Assembly: GCA_049654165.1 (NCBI GenBank)
Contig: JBASHR010000073.1
Span: 10,390-74,389, forward strand
Direction: 5' to 3'
DNA: 64,000 nucleotides
From: Bacteroidales bacterium
GTDB lineage: Bacteria; Bacteroidota; Bacteroidia; Bacteroidales; JAAYJT01
The notes below the pieces were generated by a model. The model did no database searches. It worked only from the letters and a program-made list of their open reading frames with translations, and was not told where the DNA came from. The translations under genes were made by a program, and so were the position numbers. Every line of letters begins with the position of its first letter. The stretch's first letter is position 1. Positions 1 through 9,991 of the stretch are shown one piece after another.

Positions 1-566
1 AAAAAGTTGGACCTACCATTGCCCGCGACATTAAACAGGCTGCAGTAGTAGCTGTTATATTTGCGTTGATCATAATTTTTGCCTATATAGCTTTCCGATT
101 TAAACGCTGGCAATTTGGTCTGGGTGCTGTTTCAGGCTTGTTCCATGACTCAATGGTAATTATATCACTCTATTCAATCTTTTATGGTATATTGCCATTC
201 AGCCTTGAGGTGGATCAATCATTTATAGCGGCTATCCTTACTATAATCGGATATTCAGTAAACAATACCGTGGTAATTTTTGACCGTATCCGTGAAAATA
301 TGACACTGCATCCAAAGTGGGAAATGAAACTGACCATTAATGATGCGATCAGTAACACTCTGGGTCGTACCATTAATACTGCTGGCACAACAATAGCGGT
401 CTTACTCGCCATATTTATTTTCGGAGGTGAAGTTATACGTGGATTCTCTTTTGCACTGCTCGTTGGTATTATGGTTGGAACCTATTCATCATGGTTTATT
501 GCTACTCCAATAGCCTATGATATGATGATGCGTAAAAAGGCACCAAAAGAACCTGCAAAGAAATAA
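1..566 (+). CDS. secDF: Protein translocase subunit SecDF/SecF, C-terminal part (5' end lies outside the window)
   Basis: The reading frame is open from base 3 (KVGPTIARDIKQAAVV...), so the track's TTG start at 66 is internal. SecF-like membrane motifs are present: LFHDSMVIISLYS and IGYSVNNTVVIFDRIRE. Confidence 0.85.
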   Translation, partial: KVGPTIARDIKQAAVVAVIFALIIIFAYIAFRFKRWQFGLGAVSGLFHDSMVIISLYSIFYGILPFSLEVDQSFIAAILTIIGYSVNNTVVIFDRIRENMTLHPKWEMKLTINDAISNTLGRTINTAGTTIAVLLAIFIFGGEVIRGFSFALLVGIMVGTYSSWFIATPIAYDMMMRKKAPKEPAKK

Positions 567-605
567 TTGTATTCATAGTGAGATGAATTTTACTACTCAC
601 AAATT

Positions 606-632
606 AAAAACGCCCGGCTTACGGGCGTTTTT
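606..632. terminator. Bidirectional intrinsic terminator between convergent secDF and the E1 dehydrogenase gene
   Basis: Hairpin aaaaa-CGCCCG-gctta-CGGGCG-ttttt, with an A-run on one side and a T-run on the other. Confidence 0.6.
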
Positions 633-721
633 AATTTATACGAATTTGATTTTTATCTGATGCTACTGTTACCGGTGATATATCGGATTTAAACACATAT
701 CAGATTATTCCGGGATTTGAT

Positions 722-2767
722 TCAGAACTCAAGCAGTTCAACTGCGGCTTCATAAATCTTATCGGTATTGGGCAGTATAGCTTTTTCAAGAATTCTGTTA
801 AAACCAACCGGAGTAAATGTAGATCCTACTCGTTTTATAGGTGCATCAAGGTATTCAAAAGCTTCTGCAGCAATGGTAGCAGCAAGCTCGGCACCAAATC
901 CGGAGAATACTTTATCCTCATGCACAACAAGTACTTTGCCGGTTTTCTTCACTGATTCAATAATGCTTTCTTTATCAAGAGGGACCAACGAACGGATATC
1001 TACTACCTCAATGCTTTTGCCTTTCTCCTTCTGTATTCTTTCTGCTACCTGAAGGCTCATATGTGTAGTATTACCATACGTAATAATGCTCATATCGCTC
1101 CCTTTTCTTCTGATCCTGGCTTTTCCAAAAGGAACTTCAAAATCGTCAGGAACTATGGTTTCGGCTACCGGATCGTTGTATAATGCCTTGGGTTCCATAA
1201 ATATGGTAGGTCCTTCTGAACGCATTGAGGTTCTTAATAACCCTGCAGCGTCATCCGCAAAAGACGGATATACGATCCTGAGCCCAGGTAATGTTGTAAG
1301 GGCGCCTTCAATAGTCTGGGAGTGATAAAGTCCTCCGCCAATATATCCGCCCGAAGCAAGCCTTATTGTAACATTAGGAGAGAAAGCGCCGTTGCTGCGC
1401 CAGTAATCGTGGCTCATTTCAACTGCTTGTTCCATTGCAGGCCAGAAATAGTCAGCAAATTCAGCTCCTTCAATGACAATACGTATCTTAGGATTGAAAC
1501 GGCTCATACCATTTGCGGTTCCCATTATAAAATCTTCGGCAATAGGTGCGTTGAACACTCTTTCGACACCAAATTCCTGCTGCATGCCTTTTGTAACATT
1601 AAATATTCCTCCTTTATCGCGATGAGCAATATCCTGCCCCCAGATAAAAGTATCGGGATTATGGCGGAATTCAGCTTTGAGAGTTTCGTTAAGGGCAGTG
1701 ATGAGTTTCATTTTTTCACCACTTTTTTCGTCATGGATTCCATCAGGATATTTTTCTGATTTATATGGCTCAGGACTAACAAATTTGAAGATTGATTCCG
1801 GTGAAGGATCAGCAGCTCTGATAACTTTTTTATGTGCTGCCATAACTTCTTTCTGAGCTTCTTCTTCAATTTCAAGCAGTTCGGCTTCTGAAAATCTTCC
1901 TGAACGGATTAAAACAGTGCGCAAACGATCAAAGGGATCAGATACTTTTACACAGTGCCTTTCAGTTTCGTCACGATACAACTCATGACGATCAGAATTG
2001 GAATGACTGTGTATGCGAACTGTACTTGCGTGCACTATTACTGGTTCCTGCTTTTCAAGTGCATGGCGCTTGGCTTCAACCATAGCATTCATAGAGTCGA
2101 ACACGCTTTTGCCATCACAATAAATTATGCGAAGGTTCTTCAATCCAGAGAAATTCTCGGCTACCATATAATTGGCTGTCTGATCTCTTTTTGGAACAGA
2201 AATCCCATATTTGTTATCCTGAAAAACAAAGATCACAGGTAATTTTTCTCTGCTAGCGCCATTAATTGCTTCATAAACAAAGCCTTCGGATACTGATGAT
2301 TCGCCCTGAGAACTGATAGCCACACCTTTGTGATTATATCTTTTCATAGCTCTGGCAACTCCTACGGCATGCAGAGTATGATTGCCCGTTACTGACGAAA
2401 CATTATGAATATTCCATTCAGGTTTGGCAAAATGATTACTCATGTGGCGGCCTCCGCTTGCAAGATCATCCTTTTTTGAAAGCCCGTTGAGTAATATTTC
2501 TTCGGCATTAAGCCCTGCTGAGATTACTGTGAGCATATCTCGGTAATAAGGAAATAGATGATCAGTTTTGCGGTCAAACACCTGACCGATTGCCAGTTGA
2601 ATCCCGTCGTGACCCGCATAGGGTGCGTGATACGACCATCCAAGAGCCTGACGAAGATAATTTGGGGCGCGGTCATCAATTTTGCGGCCTAAAGCCATAA
2701 GACTGTACCATTTCTTCAAAGTTTCCTTATCAGTGGTAAGCAGACTATAAGATTGTTGTAATGACAT
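722..2767 (-). CDS. 2-oxoacid (branched-chain/pyruvate family) dehydrogenase E1 component, fused alpha+beta subunits
   Basis: 681 aa. The N-terminal half resembles the TPP-binding E1-alpha subunit (GHDGIQLA, SSQGESSVSEG). The C-terminal half resembles the E1-beta/transketolase-like subunit (FNAPIAEDFIMGTANG, FMEPKALY). Confidence 0.85.
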   Translation of the reverse strand: MSLQQSYSLLTTDKETLKKWYSLMALGRKIDDRAPNYLRQALGWSYHAPYAGHDGIQLAIGQVFDRKTDHLFPYYRDMLTVISAGLNAEEILLNGLSKKDDLASGGRHMSNHFAKPEWNIHNVSSVTGNHTLHAVGVARAMKRYNHKGVAISSQGESSVSEGFVYEAINGASREKLPVIFVFQDNKYGISVPKRDQTANYMVAENFSGLKNLRIIYCDGKSVFDSMNAMVEAKRHALEKQEPVIVHASTVRIHSHSNSDRHELYRDETERHCVKVSDPFDRLRTVLIRSGRFSEAELLEIEEEAQKEVMAAHKKVIRAADPSPESIFKFVSPEPYKSEKYPDGIHDEKSGEKMKLITALNETLKAEFRHNPDTFIWGQDIAHRDKGGIFNVTKGMQQEFGVERVFNAPIAEDFIMGTANGMSRFNPKIRIVIEGAEFADYFWPAMEQAVEMSHDYWRSNGAFSPNVTIRLASGGYIGGGLYHSQTIEGALTTLPGLRIVYPSFADDAAGLLRTSMRSEGPTIFMEPKALYNDPVAETIVPDDFEVPFGKARIRRKGSDMSIITYGNTTHMSLQVAERIQKEKGKSIEVVDIRSLVPLDKESIIESVKKTGKVLVVHEDKVFSGFGAELAATIAAEAFEYLDAPIKRVGSTFTPVGFNRILEKAILPNTDKIYEAAVELLEF

Positions 2768-2904
2768 ATTTTGTTAATTTAAAACTGTTGTAATTTACCT
2801 CAATTTCCAAACGTTAGAATCCTTGTTTTGTTCATTTATCATTAAACAAACAGATTATTTGAACTCAACCGCATGACCGGATAGAGGAATGACTGGATAA
2901 TTCT

Positions 2905-2912
2905 TAATTTTG
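2905..2912 (+). promoter_or_regulatory. Putative Bacteroidota sigma-A -7 box (TAATTTTG)
   Basis: Matches TAnnTTTG and ends 20 nt upstream of the ATG at 2933. Confidence 0.45.
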
Positions 2913-2932
2913 TAAAAAATCTGAGTTAGATT

Positions 2933-5900
2933 ATGACCGAGAAATTTTATTCTAAAGCACTGGAAGCCAACTTAGCTGAAACACGATATAAAAACATTGT
3001 TATTCCTGAACATTTGCAGGCTTTCATTGACCTGTCAAAAGAATATTACGGAATTAACAAAAGGGCGCAGGAATGTATTATTGAGTATTTACATCCGTTC
3101 AGTAACCGGCTTTTTGTGGTAGAAGAAACAAGAGAGATATTACTGTCGGATTTCTGGTTTTATGCTTCAACCCCAAATGCTGTTGATGCTTTTCGCGAAC
3201 CGGTCATGCTATACGGTAAACTGCTTGAAGAAGGTATAAAAGATGAACTTGGGGAGCAAATAGTAAAAACATTGCTTGAACTTATTGAGCAAATAAAAAA
3301 AGACAACAAAGAAGCTCTCTTCCCTGTGATTGATCTGTGTTTAAATGTATTGGCAGAGAATCTGGATAAAAATATCAGGGCTTTTATAAATAGTTCAAAG
3401 TTTTTTGTCAGAAGGCTTGAAGGGGTTTCGAAAATGCCGGAATTCAGTGATAAAATCGTTTCATTATTTAAACATGTATTGCTCCGTAATATTGATTTCT
3501 GGGAAGAAACTACTGATATTGAAAATTGGTTCGAAGAGAAAAAAGAGTTTCTAAGCGACGATCTATCCGGAATATTTAATAAGGTAGGAAGCCCCTGGTT
3601 CAAAAAAATAAAAATGCAGGCTGAGAACGTTACAGACTGGGAAACGCTTAGCACCAATATTCCTGTTTTTGATGATATTGCTGAACGCTTCAGCTCAATT
3701 ACTGATGAGTTGCCGAGTTTTGTTGATAAGTTCTTTTATATCTTTTATCTGCTTCATCTGCCGGGCATGCAAAGTAAGAAAGACCGGCTGGTATGGAGTG
3801 TTAACAAAGTGTTGCGAAATGCCGTTGATGAGCTGAAAACCGAGAATCTCGGAGGTTTTATTGATAATATTTTTGAACTCTGCGAAGAATTGCGCAAGGA
3901 GCATATGTCGGCAGTTCTTGACTGTATTCTCACCCTTGGAAAGAAGATAGTTGACCGTGATGATACTGAGGAACAGCAATATGTCAATTATTTTGAAAGA
4001 ACACTGATTGATTTTGGGTTCGAAACCCCGGGAATAGTATATGTAAATAAGGACTGGCAGGTCAATGTTAATCCTAACCATATTAAAAATATCAGGGTGT
4101 GGCTTGAATTGATCGAATATTCGCATTCAGGCATGGAGAAGCTGCTGTCGGCGCTTATTGTGAACCTCAGGCTTGGCGGAATATTTATCAGCGATACCGA
4201 TCTTTTTCAGCGTGAGATAACAAAGATTTTAAATTCAAATATTGCACCATATTATAAAAAGGTAAAACAGCTTACCCGTATTTTCCCGGTATATTTTCAT
4301 GAAATAGGTGCTGAAGGAGAAATACGGAATGTAACCACCAATATGGACGAGGTGAACGGACGACAGGACCGGTTGGTTCATTTCCTTCGTAAACAGGTTC
4401 ATACTGAGAGTAATAACACACTTATTGATCTGACCTACCGAATTTTTAAATTCTGGTATAACGGCAATGTTGATGCACTTGAACCTATATTGCCGGATGA
4501 CGTGTTCAAATCAATTGACCTTGAAAGCGAATATTTTACTGTGGTGCATTCGCTTGTTAACCAGTTGATCAAGGATTCAGAACTTAGTTTTGACCAGTTG
4601 CTTGAGCTGGATAATGATCATTTTGAGCGTTTACTTAAGAAGCTGCCCGGCGAGCATGAGAAAGATATACACCGGCTCACCTGCATTCATGCACTTTATG
4701 CCTTGCTTAAAGAAAAATATTCGTTTGAGACTTTGAATATAGTTTCAATCCTCAGGCGATATGCTTTTATTGAAGCCACTGAAATTGACCGTTTTGAAGA
4801 AGCTATGCAAAAAGAAGACTTCGATGAGGCATTAAAGCTGATTTATAGTTTCATGGAACGATTGAAAAAGATCATTTTCAATCCTGAACATAGTCAGAGT
4901 TGGGAAAATATCTATCATAAACGACATATTGCCATTGGCATACCTTCGATGTACGGGACTTACAGGGAATCAAAATTCGAGGCTTTGGGACTTACTTTCA
5001 GGCTGGAGAAAATTGCTACCCGTTTAATGGAGAAAATAGTTGATAATATCAATTTAGATTATATATCGGCAAAAACCCTGGACAGGGTTTATCAGGTTCT
5101 GGAGTTTTTCCGTTATGGTCTTGAACTCGATGGTGTTTCAAATCAGGGCTTTAATTCAAATCTGGATATGCTTCGCTATTCATTGGCATCGCGAAGCTTT
5201 TCACTGCATCAGCATATTAACATATTTCAGTTTATTGCTGAAAACGTAAAAATAACTATTGACAATTATTTTCTGCTTTCTTATGAGTATCCGCTAAAAG
5301 TTGTAATTCCACAGCTTTATGAGCGTGATATCAGAGGTACCGAAAAGGAAAAAGATCAGCTTATCACACGCAAGTCCGAAGAATTTTTCCGCGATATAAT
5401 CAGTGCAGCATTCTTAATACAACCGCTTGACAATCTTGTATCGCGCATTTTAAATTCTTTGCGCAATATGGTTGATAAATACCCTGCTGAACTTATAAGC
5501 GATGTAATGTCGTATAATTCCGACCTTGTAATAAGTCCTTTGTATGAAGCAACACTGCAGGTTGATAATCAGATCTTTCTTGGCTCTAAAGCATTTTTCC
5601 TTAAAAAACTTAGTTTGGCCAATATTGCTGTTCCACCGGGTTTTGTGCTTACTACTGAGGTGTTTCGCAGGCGCTATGCCATTTCAAACCATCATGAAAT
5701 AAAAAAGGAATTTGATAATCTTATCAGACGTAATCTTAGAAAGCTTGAAAAGGTAACCGGAAGGCAGTTTGGAAACCCATCCAATCCGTTACTGTTGTCA
5801 GTTCGTTCAGGAACAGCCATTTCTATGCCCGGCGCTATGGATACTTTCCTTAATGTTGGTATGAATGATCAGTTGGTTGAAGGTTTGAGCAAACAGCCAA

Positions 5901-7051
5901 ATTATGCATGGACTTCGTGGGATTGCTACAGGCGGTTTCTTCAAAGCTGGGGTATGGCGCATGGCATTCATCGCGATGTGTTTGATGGAATAATCCAGGA
6001 TTATAAGAACCGGTATGGAGTAGATCTGAAAATGTATTTCCTGCCGGATCATATGAAGCAGGTGGCAAAATCGTACAGGCAGGCTATAGCAGATCACAAT
6101 GTGCATTTTGAACAGGATTTGTTCAAGCAACTTAATACTACAATAAATTATGTTTTTGATTCCTGGGATTCAGAACGTGCTAAAGTTTATCGTAAGCATA
6201 TGCAGATAGCCGATGAATGGGGAACAGCAGTCATTGTTCAGAAAATGATACTTGGCAACTTAAATTATACTTCAGGTACCGGAGTTGTATTTACTCAAAA
6301 TCCAATGAGCAGCCGCCCCGGCGTACATCTTTACGGTGATTTTACTTTATGCAGCCAGGGTGAGGATATAGTGGGCGGACTGGTCAAACCTTTGCCCGTT
6401 GGCGAAACTCAGCGTAAACAGCTTAATCTTGAGGGAGGCTCACTTCAGACCAGTCACCCTGAAATTTACAAACGTATTCATCAGATTGCCACTCAATTAA
6501 CTGAAGAGCTGGGTTATGCCCCTCAGGAAATTGAATTTACCTTTGAATCAGAAGATCCTGATGAACTGTATATCCTCCAAACCCGTGATCAGGATATGCA
6601 ACAGCCTGCAAAGGTTAATATGTTCAGAAGTTCGCCGGAGCAGATGAAACTTCTTGGACGAGGGATTGGTATAGGTGGTGGAGCAATGAATGGTATTCTT
6701 GCTATTGATATGGATGATCTGACTTCTTTACAACAGAAATTCCCGGGGCATCCTATCATTCTTGCCCGCCCTGATACAGTTCCTGATGATATAGCCATGA
6801 TTTTTGAGTGTCATGGACTGCTTACTGCAAAGGGAGGAGCAACATCTCATGCGGCAGTCACGGCTGTGAGGCTTGGAAAAACCTGCATAGTAAATTGCAG
6901 CGATCTGCTGGTTTATGATTCACGAAAAGAATGCGTTATTAATGGAGTTACCCTGAAACCGGGAGATAAAATTGCAATTGACGGTCATTTTGGCAATGTT
7001 TATCTTGGTCATTATCCCATTGAGACGACTACCTATCAGCCGACAATTTGA
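2933..7051 (+). CDS. Large dikinase-like protein: unrecognised helical region of about 880 aa, then a PPDK-type ATP-grasp nucleotide-binding domain and a phosphohistidine swivel domain; no PEP/pyruvate TIM-barrel domain
   Basis: 1372 aa. PPDK-like motifs: SVRSGTAISMPGAMDTFLNVGMND, SGTGVVFTQNP, QGEDIVGG, and GGATSHAAVTAVRLGKTCIV (His codon at 6848-6850). The ORF ends 66 aa after that His. Confidence 0.8.
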   Translation: MTEKFYSKALEANLAETRYKNIVIPEHLQAFIDLSKEYYGINKRAQECIIEYLHPFSNRLFVVEETREILLSDFWFYASTPNAVDAFREPVMLYGKLLEEGIKDELGEQIVKTLLELIEQIKKDNKEALFPVIDLCLNVLAENLDKNIRAFINSSKFFVRRLEGVSKMPEFSDKIVSLFKHVLLRNIDFWEETTDIENWFEEKKEFLSDDLSGIFNKVGSPWFKKIKMQAENVTDWETLSTNIPVFDDIAERFSSITDELPSFVDKFFYIFYLLHLPGMQSKKDRLVWSVNKVLRNAVDELKTENLGGFIDNIFELCEELRKEHMSAVLDCILTLGKKIVDRDDTEEQQYVNYFERTLIDFGFETPGIVYVNKDWQVNVNPNHIKNIRVWLELIEYSHSGMEKLLSALIVNLRLGGIFISDTDLFQREITKILNSNIAPYYKKVKQLTRIFPVYFHEIGAEGEIRNVTTNMDEVNGRQDRLVHFLRKQVHTESNNTLIDLTYRIFKFWYNGNVDALEPILPDDVFKSIDLESEYFTVVHSLVNQLIKDSELSFDQLLELDNDHFERLLKKLPGEHEKDIHRLTCIHALYALLKEKYSFETLNIVSILRRYAFIEATEIDRFEEAMQKEDFDEALKLIYSFMERLKKIIFNPEHSQSWENIYHKRHIAIGIPSMYGTYRESKFEALGLTFRLEKIATRLMEKIVDNINLDYISAKTLDRVYQVLEFFRYGLELDGVSNQGFNSNLDMLRYSLASRSFSLHQHINIFQFIAENVKITIDNYFLLSYEYPLKVVIPQLYERDIRGTEKEKDQLITRKSEEFFRDIISAAFLIQPLDNLVSRILNSLRNMVDKYPAELISDVMSYNSDLVISPLYEATLQVDNQIFLGSKAFFLKKLSLANIAVPPGFVLTTEVFRRRYAISNHHEIKKEFDNLIRRNLRKLEKVTGRQFGNPSNPLLLSVRSGTAISMPGAMDTFLNVGMNDQLVEGLSKQPNYAWTSWDCYRRFLQSWGMAHGIHRDVFDGIIQDYKNRYGVDLKMYFLPDHMKQVAKSYRQAIADHNVHFEQDLFKQLNTTINYVFDSWDSERAKVYRKHMQIADEWGTAVIVQKMILGNLNYTSGTGVVFTQNPMSSRPGVHLYGDFTLCSQGEDIVGGLVKPLPVGETQRKQLNLEGGSLQTSHPEIYKRIHQIATQLTEELGYAPQEIEFTFESEDPDELYILQTRDQDMQQPAKVNMFRSSPEQMKLLGRGIGIGGGAMNGILAIDMDDLTSLQQKFPGHPIILARPDTVPDDIAMIFECHGLLTAKGGATSHAAVTAVRLGKTCIVNCSDLLVYDSRKECVINGVTLKPGDKIAIDGHFGNVYLGHYPIETTTYQPTI

Positions 7052-7169
7052 TAAAACAGCGGATAATTTATTTAATTTTGCACCCGCATTTTTAAACTGT
7101 TACGATTGTTTGAGAACAAAATAATAATTTGAAAATGCCTTAAGAACCTGAAAACCGGAATTTTGCCGA

Positions 7170-8957
7170 ATGAAATATATCAGAAATTTTTGCATTATAG
7201 CCCATATTGATCACGGAAAGAGTACTCTTGCCGATCGCCTGCTTCAGATAACAGGAACGGTTTCGGAAAAGGAACTGCAGGAGCAGACTCTGGATAATAT
7301 GGATCTTGAACGTGAGCGCGGCATTACCATAAAAAGCCATGTTATTCAGATGGAATATGAGAGGGAAGACGGGAAATACCTTCTTAACCTTATTGATACT
7401 CCCGGACACGTTGATTTTTCGTATGAGGTATCACGTTCAATAGCAGCCTGCGAAGGCGCGCTACTTATGATTGATGCAACACAGGGAATTCAGGCACAGA
7501 CTATTTCTGTACTTTATCAGGCTATAGAGCATAATCTGGAAATAATTCCGGTGATGAACAAAATGGACATGGAAAGCGCCATGCCCGATGAAGTTGAAGA
7601 TCAGATTATTGATTTGATCGGTTGCGACAGGGAAGATATTATCCGCGCAAGCGGACGTACCGGATTGGGAATTGATGAAATTCTGGAAGCTATAATACAT
7701 CGTATTCCACCTCCCAAAGGTGACCCCAATGCACCATTACAGGCATTGATTTTCGATTCGATGTTTAATTCCTACCGCGGAATCATTGCCACTTTTCGAA
7801 TTATGAACGGCACATTGCGACATCAGGATCATGTTAAGTTTTTTTCAACAGATCATGATTACCATGCTGATGAAATCGGGATACTTCGCCTGGAAAGACA
7901 TCCGAGAAAGGAGTTAAGAGCAGGAGATGTTGGATATATTATCTCCGGTATTAAAAGCTCGTCAGAAGTAAAGGTGGGTGACACCATTACTCATGTTGAG
8001 AACCCCTGCAACGCACCGATTGAAGGTTTTAAACATGTGAAACCTATGGTTTTTGCAGGTATTTATCCGGTTGATGCTGATGATTATGAAGAATTGCGTG
8101 TTTCAATCGAGAAGCTGCAACTGAATGATGCGTCTTTAACTTTCGAACCTGAATCTTCAATGGCACTGGGATTCGGATTTCGTTGCGGGTTCCTTGGGTT
8201 GCTCCATATGGAAATCATCCAGGAGCGCCTCGACAGGGAATTCGATATGGATGTGATCACCACGGTTCCAAACGTTTCCTATAAAGTTTATACTACTAAA
8301 AACGAGATCGTTGAGGTACATAATCCAAGCGGATTACCTCCGGTTAACTATATTGATTACATTGAAGAACCAATAATTACTGCTCAGGTTATATCAAAGA
8401 CCGAATTTGTTGGTGCTATTATGAAACTATGCATTGACAAGCGTGGTATTCTTAAAAATCAGGTTTATCTTACCAGCAACAGGGTAGAGGTTACATTTGA
8501 ATTGCCACTGGCTGAAATTGTTTTTGATTTTTATGATAAGCTGAAAAGTATCTCAAAAGGTTATGCCTCATTTGATTATCAGATAACCGGTTATAGAAAA
8601 GCAGATCTGGTAAGGCTTGACATTTTGCTGAATGGTGAAATGGTAGATGCATTGTCAACTCTAATTCATCGTGATAACGCTTACAATTTTGGCCGTCGTA
8701 TGTGCGAAAAACTTAAAGAGCTGATACCTCGCCAGCAATTTGAAATTGCCATACAGGCAGCTATAGGAGCTAAAATCATTGCCCGCGAAACCATAAGACC
8801 ATTGCGCAAAGACGTTACTGCCAAGTGTTATGGAGGGGATATAAGCCGTAAACGTAAACTTCTTGAAAAACAGAAGAAAGGTAAAAAGCGTATGCGTCAG
8901 GTTGGAAATGTTGAAGTTCCGCAAACGGCATTTCTTGCCGTACTCAAACTTGATTGA
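7170..8957 (+). CDS. lepA: Elongation factor 4 (translational GTPase LepA)
   Basis: 595 aa. N-terminus [22 protein letters not shown] with DTPGHVDF and NKMD GTPase motifs, and the LepA-specific C-terminus ([24 protein letters not shown]). Confidence 0.95.
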   Translation: MKYIRNFCIIAHIDHGKSTLADRLLQITGTVSEKELQEQTLDNMDLERERGITIKSHVIQMEYEREDGKYLLNLIDTPGHVDFSYEVSRSIAACEGALLMIDATQGIQAQTISVLYQAIEHNLEIIPVMNKMDMESAMPDEVEDQIIDLIGCDREDIIRASGRTGLGIDEILEAIIHRIPPPKGDPNAPLQALIFDSMFNSYRGIIATFRIMNGTLRHQDHVKFFSTDHDYHADEIGILRLERHPRKELRAGDVGYIISGIKSSSEVKVGDTITHVENPCNAPIEGFKHVKPMVFAGIYPVDADDYEELRVSIEKLQLNDASLTFEPESSMALGFGFRCGFLGLLHMEIIQERLDREFDMDVITTVPNVSYKVYTTKNEIVEVHNPSGLPPVNYIDYIEEPIITAQVISKTEFVGAIMKLCIDKRGILKNQVYLTSNRVEVTFELPLAEIVFDFYDKLKSISKGYASFDYQITGYRKADLVRLDILLNGEMVDALSTLIHRDNAYNFGRRMCEKLKELIPRQQFEIAIQAAIGAKIIARETIRPLRKDVTAKCYGGDISRKRKLLEKQKKGKKRMRQVGNVEVPQTAFLAVLKLD

Positions 8958-9978
8958 TCTCTCTTTCTGTGTCAGTATAGCGTTCCCACTTTTCAAGTAC
9001 TGAAGCCATATCATCAGGCAGAGGGGAGTCAAAAAACATATATTTATTTGTTACAGGATGGTTGAACCCAATGGATTTGGCATGTAATGCCTGTCGGCTG
9101 ATTAGCGAGAAGCAGTTTTGAATAAACTGTTTGTATTTTGAAAAGGTGGTTCCTTTCAGTATCTGATCCCCGCCATATTTTTCGTCGTTAAAAAGCGGAT
9201 GTCCTATAAAACGTAAATGCGCCCTTATCTGGTGGGTTCTGCCTGTTTCAAGTCTGCATTCTATTAAAGTAACATAGCCAAAGCGTTTAATGACTTTGTA
9301 ATGTGTAATGGCAGGTTTTCCATATTCACCATCCTGATATACATACATTACGCGCCTGTCGTTTGCACTGCGCCCTATATTCCCTTCAATGGTTCCTTCA
9401 TCCTCAGCCATATCGCCCCATACCAGAGCAATATAGCGGCGCTCAACATCGCGTTTGAAAAATGCATTTGCCAGGATGGATTGAGCAAATTCATTCTTGG
9501 CTACAATTAAAAGCCCGGAAGTGTCCTTGTCAATACGATGGACAAGATAGGGATAATCCTTTGAGCCTTTCTCCTGAAAATAGTAAAGAAGCGCATTAAC
9601 AAGAGTCCCCGTGAAATTTCCATGCCCGGGATGAACTACCATGCCGGCATTTTTATTAATGATAATTACATCATCATCTTCATATACCTGATTAAAAGGT
9701 ATGTTTTCGGGTATGAGCTCAAATTCACGTGGCGGCTGTGCCAGAACAACAGTGATAATATCATTGGGCTTAACCTTATAGTTAGGTTTTGCATTTTTAC
9801 CGTTTACAAGAATATTACCGGCACGAAGAGCGATCTGTACACGATTGCGCGTAACATTCTCAAGCCGTCCTATCAGGAATTTATCAATTCGAAGTAAGCT
9901 CTGACCTTTGTCAACAACCACCCGATGATGCTCATAAAGATCAGTTTCTTCTTGTAAAGGTTCTGGAAAATCAATCAT
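8944..9978 (-). CDS. rluD: RluA/RluD-family 23S rRNA pseudouridine synthase with an N-terminal S4 domain
   Basis: 344 aa. Catalytic motif [24 protein letters not shown], and an S4-like N-terminus (RIDKFL...RNRVQ). Confidence 0.85.
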   Translation of the reverse strand: MIDFPEPLQEETDLYEHHRVVVDKGQSLLRIDKFLIGRLENVTRNRVQIALRAGNILVNGKNAKPNYKVKPNDIITVVLAQPPREFELIPENIPFNQVYEDDDVIIINKNAGMVVHPGHGNFTGTLVNALLYYFQEKGSKDYPYLVHRIDKDTSGLLIVAKNEFAQSILANAFFKRDVERRYIALVWGDMAEDEGTIEGNIGRSANDRRVMYVYQDGEYGKPAITHYKVIKRFGYVTLIECRLETGRTHQIRAHLRFIGHPLFNDEKYGGDQILKGTTFSKYKQFIQNCFSLISRQALHAKSIGFNHPVTNKYMFFDSPLPDDMASVLEKWERYTDTEREINQV

Positions 9979-9991
9979 TGAAAACTTGATT

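Noticed and set aside
768-2242. Plus-strand ORFs 768-1052, 1086-1325, 1322-1759 and 1955-2242 inside the E1 dehydrogenase gene. Similar antisense ORFs lie inside other long genes, for example 3160-3657, 3695-4126, 5807-6130, 52590-53102 and 62251-62679.
   Set aside because: They lie entirely antisense to, or out of frame within, long ORFs with clear conserved motifs. Their translations are low-complexity with no recognisable motif, so they are shadow ORFs.
7073-7080. TAATTTTG box upstream of lepA as its promoter.
   Set aside because: The motif matches, but it lies 90 nt from the ATG with no supporting features. This is too uncertain to list as a feature.
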